A DNA stretch of 19,235 nucleotides. Origin: Candidatus Heimdallarchaeota archaeon (lineage in GTDB: Archaea > Asgardarchaeota > Heimdallarchaeia > Heimdallarchaeales > Heimdallarchaeaceae). A program made the position numbers and the translations under genes. Every line of letters starts with the position of its first letter. The stretch's first letter is position 1. Under the pieces are notes generated by a model. It was given only the letters and a program-made list of their open reading frames with translations, made no database searches and was not told where the DNA came from. Of the stretch, positions 1 to 7,923 are shown piece by piece. Where the stretch lies: contig JAEOTE010000141.1 in NCBI GenBank assembly GCA_016839945.1, forward strand, positions 1-19,235. The letters are read 5' to 3'.

Positions 1-1122
1 ACTTTTGTTCGACGTGTGGAAAAATTAAAATCAAAGGATATAATTCGTGAAGTACATTCTTCACTTAATCCTGAAAGTTTACTATTAGAGAGATATATTG
101 TTTTTTTTATAACTACATCTATAGAACAGATAAAATTTCTTGAATTATCATGTGATGTTTATCCGTACACTGCATCAAGAAGTAGAATATTTGGTCAAGA
201 ATATGGACTCTATGCAGTATTTGATATTCCTAAGGAATCATATGATCTCCTTAAGTCCTTTCTTGAATTCATGCTAGGGAGGGAGTTCTATTATAGCTCC
301 CTTATGTACAAAACAACAGGGTTGAGAATCGCATATCCTCAGCCATTTTACAACAATATCGTTGACATTGATGAATTTGATATAGAAGGCTTTTTTTCCC
401 AAAATGTCTCAAAAACCAGAAAAGTAGGGAGAGAGTCTACGCCTTCTACTCTAGAGTTTCATCCTATTCAGCTACTGATTTTGAGAGATATTACTACAAA
501 TATGCGAACACCAATGAGTCAACTCCTAAAGAAGTATAAAAACTACCTAGAATTACCAAAAGAGAAGGAAAAGCATTATAGCTTGCCAGAAGGTTTCAGA
601 CCTTATCTTAGAGATTTTTTTTCCAAAGAAAGAACCGAAAATGCAATATATATCGAGTTTAAGAAAAAATATCATTCAGCTATAAATAATCATGTTGAAA
701 GATATTGGTTGGGTGTTAACAGAAAATATTTCGAAATGTTTGTTAGATTTGGCTATATTATTCATAATATAACAAAAAGTGAGAAAGAGAATTTATTTAA
801 TTTATTAAAAACTGAACAACCTCCGTTTGGCATATACTTAGAAGATTTGGGTGATAATGTTTTTCTAATTTTATCTTTACCACCATATTATCAAACTAGA
901 TTTGCTTATTTTATGAAAGAAACTTTCGAAAAATTCTCATCTTACTTATTAGATAGTTTTGGTTATAATGCAGTGATATATAGATTTTATGTTCATAATT
1001 ATGATATTGAGAATCATAAATGGAAAGATGATAGGGAGTGGATGCTAGAAGGGATTGCTAAAGGCATTGATAGTGATCTATCAAAAAAACAGTATCGAAG
1101 GGTATCAAATATAATAGGGTAA
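1..1122 (+). CDS. Winged-helix transcriptional regulator, Lrp/AsnC-like, probably two tandem units; 5'-truncated by the window edge
   Basis: Frame 1 is open from base 1 (TFVRRVEKLKSKDII, resembling the Lrp recognition helix 'TVxRRIxxLxxxGII'). The internal segment FHPIQLLILRDITTNMRTPMSQL resembles the Lrp N-terminus 'LDxxDxxILxxLxxNxRxxxxEL'. GTG at 16 is probably not the real start. Confidence 0.6.
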   Translation, partial: TFVRRVEKLKSKDIIREVHSSLNPESLLLERYIVFFITTSIEQIKFLELSCDVYPYTASRSRIFGQEYGLYAVFDIPKESYDLLKSFLEFMLGREFYYSSLMYKTTGLRIAYPQPFYNNIVDIDEFDIEGFFSQNVSKTRKVGRESTPSTLEFHPIQLLILRDITTNMRTPMSQLLKKYKNYLELPKEKEKHYSLPEGFRPYLRDFFSKERTENAIYIEFKKKYHSAINNHVERYWLGVNRKYFEMFVRFGYIIHNITKSEKENLFNLLKTEQPPFGIYLEDLGDNVFLILSLPPYYQTRFAYFMKETFEKFSSYLLDSFGYNAVIYRFYVHNYDIENHKWKDDREWMLEGIAKGIDSDLSKKQYRRVSNIIG

Positions 1123-1127
1123 TAAAG

Positions 1128-1514
1128 ATGGTGAGAATATATTTAGTAGAAGATGATGAAGTTTTACAACAGTTATATCAACTTTATTTATCTAAAATGG
1201 GTCATAGAATCGTAGGTCAATCTACTAATGGTATTGAAGCTTTAATTGATCTATACTTTAATCATAGAAATAATCCGCCTGATATACTAATTCTTGATTA
1301 TAAGTTACCAGGGAAGAATGGATTGGAATTGTTGGAGGATTTACACAAACTAGATGCAATTAAACAAACCAAAATCCTATTTGTAACTGGAATGGATAAT
1401 CTCCAACTTCAGGCATTCAAATTAGGAGTTTCAAAATATATCCAGAAACCATTAAGTTTCAATATCTTAAATCAAACTATTAGTGAAATTGTGAGTTTAA
1501 TAAGTAAATCTTAA
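1128..1514 (+). CDS. Stand-alone response regulator receiver (CheY-like REC) protein
   Basis: Acidic pocket LVEDD, phosphoacceptor Asp in ILILDYKLPG, conserved Thr (FVTG) and Lys-Pro (IQKP); 128 aa with no output domain. Confidence 0.93.
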   Translation: MVRIYLVEDDEVLQQLYQLYLSKMGHRIVGQSTNGIEALIDLYFNHRNNPPDILILDYKLPGKNGLELLEDLHKLDAIKQTKILFVTGMDNLQLQAFKLGVSKYIQKPLSFNILNQTISEIVSLISKS

Positions 1515-1584
1515 GTTAGTATGTAAAGGAAGAGAGAAAGAAAAGCTTGAATTCATTTGGTACTATAATTACTGACTGAATTTC

Positions 1585-1597
1585 TAAAGCTTTTAAC
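1585..1597 (+). promoter_or_regulatory. Putative archaeal BRE/TATA promoter element (TAAAGCTTTTAAC)
   Basis: Purine run followed by TTTTAA upstream of the 1664 CDS. The same 11-mer TAAAGCTTTTA occurs at 15206-15216 upstream of the 15261 CDS. Confidence 0.4.
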
Positions 1598-1649
1598 TTT
1601 AACTAATATCAATCTAATAAATGTTAGTAGAATGTAAAAAAAGATTAAA

Positions 1650-1657
1650 GGAGGTGA
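1650..1657 (+). promoter_or_regulatory. Strong Shine-Dalgarno sequence GGAGGTGA
   Basis: Full archaeal consensus SD located 6 nt before the TTG at 1664. Confidence 0.85.
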
Positions 1658-1663
1658 ATTTGT

Positions 1664-1939
1664 TTGCCATATCAGAAAACAATTACAGAATCATATTGGA
1701 CAGTATGTTGGAAATGGATATTCCCTTACCCTTGTAAGAAAACCAGAAAAGTAACAAAATGGTGCTATGATTTCGAATCTATTCATATCTATCATTGGCT
1801 ATTCTTCTGCATTTTCTATGGATGTGAAAATAACATTGAATATAGATGGGCTGAATTTTGTATAGGGATAGGATCAAGTTGGGTTTACAATAAAACAGTA
1901 TGTAAGAAAAAGAAACTTAAAGTTTCAGGAAAATGTTAG
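1664..1939 (+). CDS. Small cysteine/aromatic-rich cationic protein of unknown function
   Basis: 91 aa ORF with a perfect SD and TTG start; 8 Cys, 7 Trp, net charge about +9; no hydrophobic signal peptide; followed by T-tracts. Confidence 0.8.
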   Translation: MPYQKTITESYWTVCWKWIFPYPCKKTRKVTKWCYDFESIHIYHWLFFCIFYGCENNIEYRWAEFCIGIGSSWVYNKTVCKKKKLKVSGKC

Positions 1940-2064
1940 ATATTAATTGTTAACCATTTGAAAAGTAAGAATAAACTCTATATAATTCATGAATAATATT
2001 CAGAGAATAGTGAAATACCAAGCTAGCCTATTGTACTAAAAACATTTAATTTCTTAATAAAACA

Positions 2065-2112
2065 AAAAATATTTTTCTTTTTTTATTTCTATTATTTTAT
2101 TAGTTTTTCTTT
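2065..2112 (+). terminator. T-rich archaeal-type terminator region
   Basis: AAAAATATTTTT palindrome at 2065-2076 followed by several oligo-T runs, downstream of the 1664-1939 CDS. Confidence 0.4.
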
Positions 2113-2160
2113 CCTTAAATTAAATTCTTTTGACAAATATTTTAAAATGAATAAACATAA

Positions 2161-2433
2161 TTGTATTTAGTGACAAAATTGACTAAAGAAAAAATAGGTG
2201 AAGTTTTCAATTTTTTTGTAAAACCTAGTGTTGCAGCTATAGATATTTCAGGAGAGATAAATGTTGGTGATAAACTACAGTTTTTAGGTGCTACAACAGA
2301 TTTTGAAATGGTAATAAAATCAATGCAGATAGAAGGAGAAGACGTAGAAACTGTTAAGAAAGGTCAGAAAGTTGGAATAAAGGTTCCTGAAAGAGTTCGA
2401 CCTACTGATGAAGTTTATAAAATTGTAGAATAG
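2161..2433 (+). CDS. Translation elongation factor-like protein (stand-alone EF-Tu domain II / U32 C-terminal-type beta-barrel); true start may be 2170 (GTG) or 2179 (TTG)
   Basis: Pattern IGEVFNFFxKPSVAAI...VGDKLQFLGATTDFE..IKSMQIE...V....KGQKVGIKVPERVRPTDEVYK is characteristic of this ~85 aa family. Confidence 0.82.
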   Translation: MYLVTKLTKEKIGEVFNFFVKPSVAAIDISGEINVGDKLQFLGATTDFEMVIKSMQIEGEDVETVKKGQKVGIKVPERVRPTDEVYKIVE

Positions 2434-2457
2434 AAATTTCCTAGATTTGATTACAGT

Positions 2458-3024
2458 TCACATTTTATCCATTTCTAGCTGATTTACTAACCAAGTAAAA
2501 GCAGCTAATACTCCTTTACCAGTTAGAGCACTACAATCAAAAACTGCAAAAGTTCTATCTTTCATATCAAGATGTAAACTTAACAGCTGAATCATTAAAG
2601 GTGCTTGAATCGCGCTAGGAAGATCTTGTTTATTAGCAAGAATAAGAGTTGGTACTTTTTCAACAAGTGGGTTGTCAAATACATGAATTTTAAGTATATC
2701 TCGAGCTTCAGGAAGACGTTCTATATCCGCTGCATCTATGACAAAAATTACTGCACTACAACCAGGATAATGTATATCCCACAGAAATCTGAATTGTTGT
2801 TGACCTGCTACGTCAACTGTTGTGATATCCCAACCTTCATAGTTTATAGTTTCAATGTTTTGACCAATTGTTGGAGTTAGTCCTGCTTGAAAGTATCCTG
2901 TGTTAACGTACTTAGTTAAAGTAGTTTTACCAGCAGCATCGAGACCCAAAATAAGTATTTTAGCCCTTTTTTCTGCTCGTAATTTCTTTATCAACCATTG
3001 AGAAAAGTTGGACATAAAGCTCAT
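2458..3024 (-). CDS. Arf/Sar-family small GTPase (Asgard Arf-related)
   Basis: G1 GLDAAGKTT, G2 PTIG, G3 DVAGQ followed by FRFLW, G4 ANKQD, G5 CSA. ATG at 3024 gives an amphipathic N-terminus, MSFMSNFSQWLIKKL, and is more plausible than the ORF-track start at 3048. Confidence 0.95.
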   Translation of the reverse strand: MSFMSNFSQWLIKKLRAEKRAKILILGLDAAGKTTLTKYVNTGYFQAGLTPTIGQNIETINYEGWDITTVDVAGQQQFRFLWDIHYPGCSAVIFVIDAADIERLPEARDILKIHVFDNPLVEKVPTLILANKQDLPSAIQAPLMIQLLSLHLDMKDRTFAVFDCSALTGKGVLAAFTWLVNQLEMDKM

Positions 3025-3162
3025 GTAATTTCTCCGTCTGTTTAACACATCTAATTGTAGCTTGATAATATTTCTAATTTGATTTATGTAAGTTTTGTTA
3101 TGAAGTCATATGGTTTTAGCTTAAAAAATCTATACTAAAATCTTCCTTAAAATGTTGTAATT

Positions 3163-3177
3163 AAAAAAATAAAAAAA
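3163..3177 (-). terminator. Oligo-T terminator (minus strand) for the 3884-3213 gene
   Basis: A7-T-A7 on the plus strand (T-tracts on the minus strand) about 35 nt past the stop codon. Confidence 0.5.
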
Positions 3178-3212
3178 GAGAATTTTTGTTGTTTTTGTTT
3201 GTCCATTAGCAT

Positions 3213-3884
3213 TTAATGTTCTGGTGGTCCTTGTGCTTTCATTCTTTCTAGGAACTTCTTATTAGGTCCAAGTTGCCATTTAAGGAATATTAGTAAGAAT
3301 ACTATGATGATGATTGCTAATATCCAAGCTTTCCAATAAGCATCCCAGAAATTAATCCAAGTCCAAGCATAAGACCATGCAACTGCTGCAGGAGCTCCTT
3401 CTAAAACAAGAAGATTGAAGAAAGGAACGAATCCTGATAGTGGAATAACAATCATTGTATCTACTAAGAGACCCCAAATCCAAAACTTCCATGATTTCTT
3501 AGAAAACATGAGTTCTCTTGGACTAGATGCTCTAAAGTCTGCTCTGAAATCATATTGTGCCATGCTCATTGTTAATGGTCCTATTATGAAAACAAAGAAG
3601 ATCCAAGCAATTATGAATGAAACTAAAAAGCCCCATCCTAGATACGCAAAATATCTTCCTACCGGATTGGGAAGTAGTGTCCACCAATCTCTTACTGCGA
3701 AAACTATAGCAGTGACAATCGCTGTCATGAGTAAAGCAAACCAAAATATTAACCATTCAGCAAAGTAAGTTGTTGCCATAAATTTACCTTTTGCTCCGTT
3801 TGCAAAGATAGTTCCGCGTCCTTTGGTTTGAAAGTGAAAATAGTCCCATGGCCATTTAAATCCTTTTTTTTCTTGATCTGTCAT
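3213..3884 (-). CDS. Trp-rich integral membrane protein, about 4 TM helices, possibly two tandem DUF2798-like units
   Basis: Hydrophobic segments FALLMTAIVTAIVFAV, LGWGFLVSFIIAWIFFVFIIGP, WIWGLLVDTMIVIPLSGFVPFF and YWKAWILAIIIIVFLLIFL; 18 Trp in 223 aa; SD-like AAGTGA upstream of the ATG. The DUF2798 resemblance is from memory. Confidence 0.75.
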   Translation of the reverse strand: MTDQEKKGFKWPWDYFHFQTKGRGTIFANGAKGKFMATTYFAEWLIFWFALLMTAIVTAIVFAVRDWWTLLPNPVGRYFAYLGWGFLVSFIIAWIFFVFIIGPLTMSMAQYDFRADFRASSPRELMFSKKSWKFWIWGLLVDTMIVIPLSGFVPFFNLLVLEGAPAAVAWSYAWTWINFWDAYWKAWILAIIIIVFLLIFLKWQLGPNKKFLERMKAQGPPEH

Positions 3885-4177
3885 TTAAATCACTTTTGAT
3901 TTTTTTATGAAATCAATTTTTTTAATCGTCAGAAATTCTGTTTATAGCTGAAATAGATATTATTGTTATATTGTATTGTGATGAATTTCAAAGCAAACAC
4001 ATTTCATTAAGACGATAAAACGTTGTCTCTTTTTGCATTTATAAAAACTTTATCTCAATCTATTTCTTACTTCACAGAGATATGTTTACATGGATATGGA
4101 ATATGAGTAACGATTTTTTTCCTTATGAATTAAAGACAAAATCATGAAGAGAAAAGAGAAAAGAATGTGTTATGGAA

Positions 4178-5011
4178 TCAAGTAAGTTTTTCTTTAACTA
4201 CATCAAATGTTCGATTTTTTGATCTGTTAAAAAGAAGTTCAAAGTTATCATAAGGTTCATAGTCTAATATTGGAAAATCTTTAGCTTTTTCAAGATCTTC
4301 TTTCTTTTCTCCTTTATTGACAAAATTCTCTACCCATTTAACACATTTTTCCATATAATCAAGTTGTTCTTGCATCGCTTCAATATCAGATACAGGTCCA
4401 TGTCCAGGAACAATTATCTTAGGTGATAATTTTATCATTTCTTTGTAAGCTTCAATCCATAAATAAGGATCAGCTGTATCATCTCCAAAATATGGTACTT
4501 CTTTTGCGAATAGTAAATCTCCTGCAATAAGCACTTCCTCTTCAGGTATGAAAATAAAACTAGAACCATTGGAATGACCATTGGTTTGTTTGATTTTCAA
4601 AGTTAGATTGTCATCAGTTATAGTATACTCTCCTTCAAATGTCTTGTTAGGTAAAACAATTTGTAATTCTGAAAATGATTCAGGTTCTCTTTTTCTTAGG
4701 TTTTCAGTATTGTCTTCAGTCCAATATGCACTTAGGATTTTTAAAACAGGCTTTGATGAGATTATTTCACAGTCTTCAAACACTTGATTACCAAGAATAT
4801 GATCGCCATGGTGATGAGTGATTAAAAGCTGTTTCACAGTTAAACCTGTAAGCTCTTCTGCTTTTTTTCTAGCTTCTTCTATAACTTTGGGATAATATCC
4901 AGAATCAATAAAGACAAGTCTATCCTTTAGCTTAACAAAAGCTACATGACCGAAAGTATCTCCTTTGGTGTGTGCCCAAACAGATTCTGTAATTTTTTCA
5001 AATTCAAACAT
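4178..5011 (-). CDS. Metallo-beta-lactamase-fold hydrolase (cyclase-like subgroup)
   Basis: FIDSG, THHHGDHILGN (HxHxDH), GHS, AGDL and PGHG motifs. Start at ATG 5011 (MFEFEK) removes the overlap with the upstream gene. Confidence 0.92.
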   Translation of the reverse strand: MFEFEKITESVWAHTKGDTFGHVAFVKLKDRLVFIDSGYYPKVIEEARKKAEELTGLTVKQLLITHHHGDHILGNQVFEDCEIISSKPVLKILSAYWTEDNTENLRKREPESFSELQIVLPNKTFEGEYTITDDNLTLKIKQTNGHSNGSSFIFIPEEEVLIAGDLLFAKEVPYFGDDTADPYLWIEAYKEMIKLSPKIIVPGHGPVSDIEAMQEQLDYMEKCVKWVENFVNKGEKKEDLEKAKDFPILDYEPYDNFELLFNRSKNRTFDVVKEKLT

Positions 5012-5066
5012 ATTAATCGCGATTACTTCTTTAGAATACTTATATGGATTATGGAGAAAACTACCT

Positions 5067-6449
5067 CTAAATAGAAAATTGAGGTGTGATAAACTTTCCA
5101 TAACCTTGATTTACATGGAATTGTCCTTCACCATAAACAATTTCTCCTCTAACAATTGTTGTCTCTATTTTCCCTTTTAGTTTCCATCCATCAAAAATGG
5201 TAATTTTTTGTTTTGTAAACATATTCTCATTTCTCAAGATATATTCTTTATTCATATCTACAATGAACATATCAGCATCTGCATTTATTGAAATTGTACC
5301 CTTTTTAGGGAATAAACTAAATCGTTTTGCTGGTGTTGAGGAAGTCACCTCTACTAATCTCTGTAAAGATAATTTCTTCTCATTTACAGCGTTTAATAGA
5401 AGAGGAATCATGGTTTCTAATCCAGGAGTACCAGAACCAACCCCGAAAATCCCTTTATTATCATCTTTGGTTTCTTTCTCTTCATGGCTATAGGGTGAAT
5501 GATCTGTTGCTACAATATCAATAGTTCCATCATTCAGTGCAATCCAAGCAGCTTCCATATGTTTCTTTGATCTTATTGGTGGATCAGATTTTGCCCATGA
5601 ACCTATTTTTACGGCATCATCAGATGTTAAAAACAAATGATGTGGAGTAATCTCACATGTTACATCCCACCCTTTTTGTTTAGCTTTTCTAATAAAATCA
5701 AAAGCATTCTTTGAACTCATATGTACAAGATTTAACTTCGCTTCTGCACTATTCGCTAATTCTATAGCTCTAGTACAAGCTTCATCTTCTGCAATTGATG
5801 GACGAGAGTCAGTATGTGCTTGAAAGTCTATTCTCCCTTGAGATATCACCCTTCCTATTTCGTTTTGTATTATAGAATCATCTTCTGCATGTACACTACA
5901 AACTAGTCCTACACTAGATATTTTTTCTAGTATTTTAAGAAGATATGATTCATTTTTTGCTGAAAGGTCTTTAAGTTCATACATCTCATCTGGTGCATCT
6001 AACATGAATGTCTTGAATGCAATAGCTCCCTTTGAAACTAATTCATCTATTGAATCAATACTAGTATATCCACCTGATCCAATAAGTCCAAAATCGACAA
6101 TACTTCTTTTATTCATAGCATCTAATTGAATATCAAAAGATTCAACAGCTGTTTTGCCTTTGATTCCCATTGGCATTTCTAAAAATGTGGTTATTCCTCC
6201 AGAAGAAGCTGCTTGAGTTCCTGTATTGAAGTCTTCTCTATAAGAAAATTCTAAATCTAATATATGTGTATGGACATCTATTCCACCAGGTAGAATAATT
6301 CGATTATTTGCATCAATAGTTTTCTCTGCCTTTGGTAGTGTACTTGTTTTCCCAATAGCAATTATTTTATCATCATCAATACTTATTCCTGTTTCGATCA
6401 ATCCATCTTCTAGGAATACTTTACCATTGATGATGTTCAAATCAGCCAT
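5067..6449 (-). CDS. Cyclic amidohydrolase (hydantoinase/allantoinase/dihydroorotase family), closest in appearance to L-hydantoinase HyuH
   Basis: PGGIDVHTH, GGITT..EMP, carbamylated-Lys position AFKTFM, VHAED, LVHMS, PPIR, ATDHSP, KGTI..NADAD. It lacks the dihydroorotase HxHxR Arg and the MPNT Asn. Confidence 0.88.
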   Translation of the reverse strand: MADLNIINGKVFLEDGLIETGISIDDDKIIAIGKTSTLPKAEKTIDANNRIILPGGIDVHTHILDLEFSYREDFNTGTQAASSGGITTFLEMPMGIKGKTAVESFDIQLDAMNKRSIVDFGLIGSGGYTSIDSIDELVSKGAIAFKTFMLDAPDEMYELKDLSAKNESYLLKILEKISSVGLVCSVHAEDDSIIQNEIGRVISQGRIDFQAHTDSRPSIAEDEACTRAIELANSAEAKLNLVHMSSKNAFDFIRKAKQKGWDVTCEITPHHLFLTSDDAVKIGSWAKSDPPIRSKKHMEAAWIALNDGTIDIVATDHSPYSHEEKETKDDNKGIFGVGSGTPGLETMIPLLLNAVNEKKLSLQRLVEVTSSTPAKRFSLFPKKGTISINADADMFIVDMNKEYILRNENMFTKQKITIFDGWKLKGKIETTIVRGEIVYGEGQFHVNQGYGKFITPQFSI

Positions 6450-6537
6450 TTTTTTCTACCAAATGTATTTTTTTGCAGTACTTTTATTTTAAAGTAGAAT
6501 AATATATCTTTAAGTCTTCGTAAGGAATGAACTAATC

Positions 6538-7923
6538 ATGCAAAATAAAACAAATACTCCTATCTTTTCTGGTGCACATCCTGCTGAAGTAAAAAATGAT
6601 CTCCTACCACTTGTAAATTTCCAAAAAGAAGGAATTTCAACTGATAAACTTCGAAAAATGATAGAAGAGAGATTACTTCCCCATTTAATGAATTACAGTC
6701 ATCCAAGTTTCTTATCTATGTTTAATGATATTCCAGAAGAAGGAGCAAAAATAGGAGCAGAAATAGCACTAGAGTATAATCAAGGGGTTACTGATTGGCA
6801 TGTATCTCCAGGTGGAGCTATGCTAGAAGAATTATGTATCAAAGCTCTATGTTCTCTCTTCAAACTAGATGAGAACTCTGATGGTACGTTTATGTATTCG
6901 GGAACCTATGCGAATCAGCAAGCATTATATCTAGCACTTCATTGGAAAGCTGAACAGGAAGGATTTGATTTTGCAAAACTAGGATTGAAAGGATTTAAGA
7001 ATCCAGAACGATTAGTGGTTTTAACTTCAATTGATGCTCATTTCTCACTTAAACATGCAGTAAGAATTTTAGGTTTGGGAGATAACAATTTACTAACACT
7101 AGAAGTAAATGAAAAAAGAAGAATAGATATTCATCAGATGAAGAAAAGAATTCCTAAATTGCAGGAAAATTATGATATATTCTGTGTTACAGCAACTACT
7201 GGAACTACTTCAACTGGATCAATCGATAATGTTGAAGAACTCTCTAAACTTTGCAAAGAAATTGGTGCTTGGTTACATGTAGATGGAGCCTATGGTTTAG
7301 CATATTCATTAGTTCCGGAATATAGAGAGAGATTTGCCGGTATTGAATTGGCTGATTCTGTTTCTTGGGATCCTCACAAACAATTTGGAACACCTATTCC
7401 TAATTCTATTCTTTTTATTAGACGTAAGGAGGATTTTGATCGAATTGCATTGCGTAGTGATTATATTTATCGTAAGGGAAAAAGTGTACCTAGTCCTGGA
7501 TTAAAATCTCCTCCATCAACTAGACCATTTTCTGCATTACCTTTAGTTACCTCAATTTTATATCAAGGAATCACTAAACTTCAAGAAAGACTTAGGTCCC
7601 CTATTCAAGCAATAGAATCTATTTACAACTTACTGAGGACTGACTCAGAAATTGAACTCTGTAATAAACCAGAAACAGGGATTCTTTGTTATCGTATCAA
7701 ACACAATCAAATTTCTGATGACCAAATGAACCAATTTATGAAATTGGTTTACGAGGAAGTTATATCCGAAGGAAAGCATTCAATATCATTTACCAAATTA
7801 GGAGAAAAAGCTGTTCTTAGGTTAGTTGCAATTAAACCAACAGCAGCAGAAACTTTAATGAAAACTATTGATTATGTAAAAGAGAAAGCTAGATCTATTG
7901 CAAGCAGAGGAATTTCAAAATGA
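6538..7923 (+). CDS. Group II PLP-dependent decarboxylase (DABA decarboxylase Ddc / aromatic amino acid decarboxylase family)
   Basis: SGTYAN, AHFSLKHA, ATTGTTSTGSID, WLHVDGAYG and the PLP lysine in SWDPHK. Confidence 0.92.
   Translation: MQNKTNTPIFSGAHPAEVKNDLLPLVNFQKEGISTDKLRKMIEERLLPHLMNYSHPSFLSMFNDIPEEGAKIGAEIALEYNQGVTDWHVSPGGAMLEELCIKALCSLFKLDENSDGTFMYSGTYANQQALYLALHWKAEQEGFDFAKLGLKGFKNPERLVVLTSIDAHFSLKHAVRILGLGDNNLLTLEVNEKRRIDIHQMKKRIPKLQENYDIFCVTATTGTTSTGSIDNVEELSKLCKEIGAWLHVDGAYGLAYSLVPEYRERFAGIELADSVSWDPHKQFGTPIPNSILFIRRKEDFDRIALRSDYIYRKGKSVPSPGLKSPPSTRPFSALPLVTSILYQGITKLQERLRSPIQAIESIYNLLRTDSEIELCNKPETGILCYRIKHNQISDDQMNQFMKLVYEEVISEGKHSISFTKLGEKAVLRLVAIKPTAAETLMKTIDYVKEKARSIASRGISK

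Noticed and set aside
2605-2880. 91 aa plus-strand ORF
   Set aside because: Antisense shadow of the Arf-like GTPase; no motifs.
3415-3768. 117 aa plus-strand ORF and 68 aa alternate-frame minus ORF (3550-3756)
   Set aside because: Both lie wholly within the membrane protein gene and show no recognisable features.
3885-4177. 293 nt intergenic region with weak inverted repeats (ATCGTC near 3925, GACGAT near 4011) and a 21-codon ORF at 4082
   Set aside because: Stems are short and wobble-rich, with no GC enrichment to suggest an ncRNA; the ORF has no support.
5012-5101. N-terminal extension of the MBL ORF overlapping the amidohydrolase
   Set aside because: Longest-ORF artefact; ATG 5011 gives a typical domain start and no overlap.
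4581-5524. Four short plus-strand ORFs (4581, 4965, 5197, 5327)
   Set aside because: Antisense to the well-supported MBL and amidohydrolase genes.
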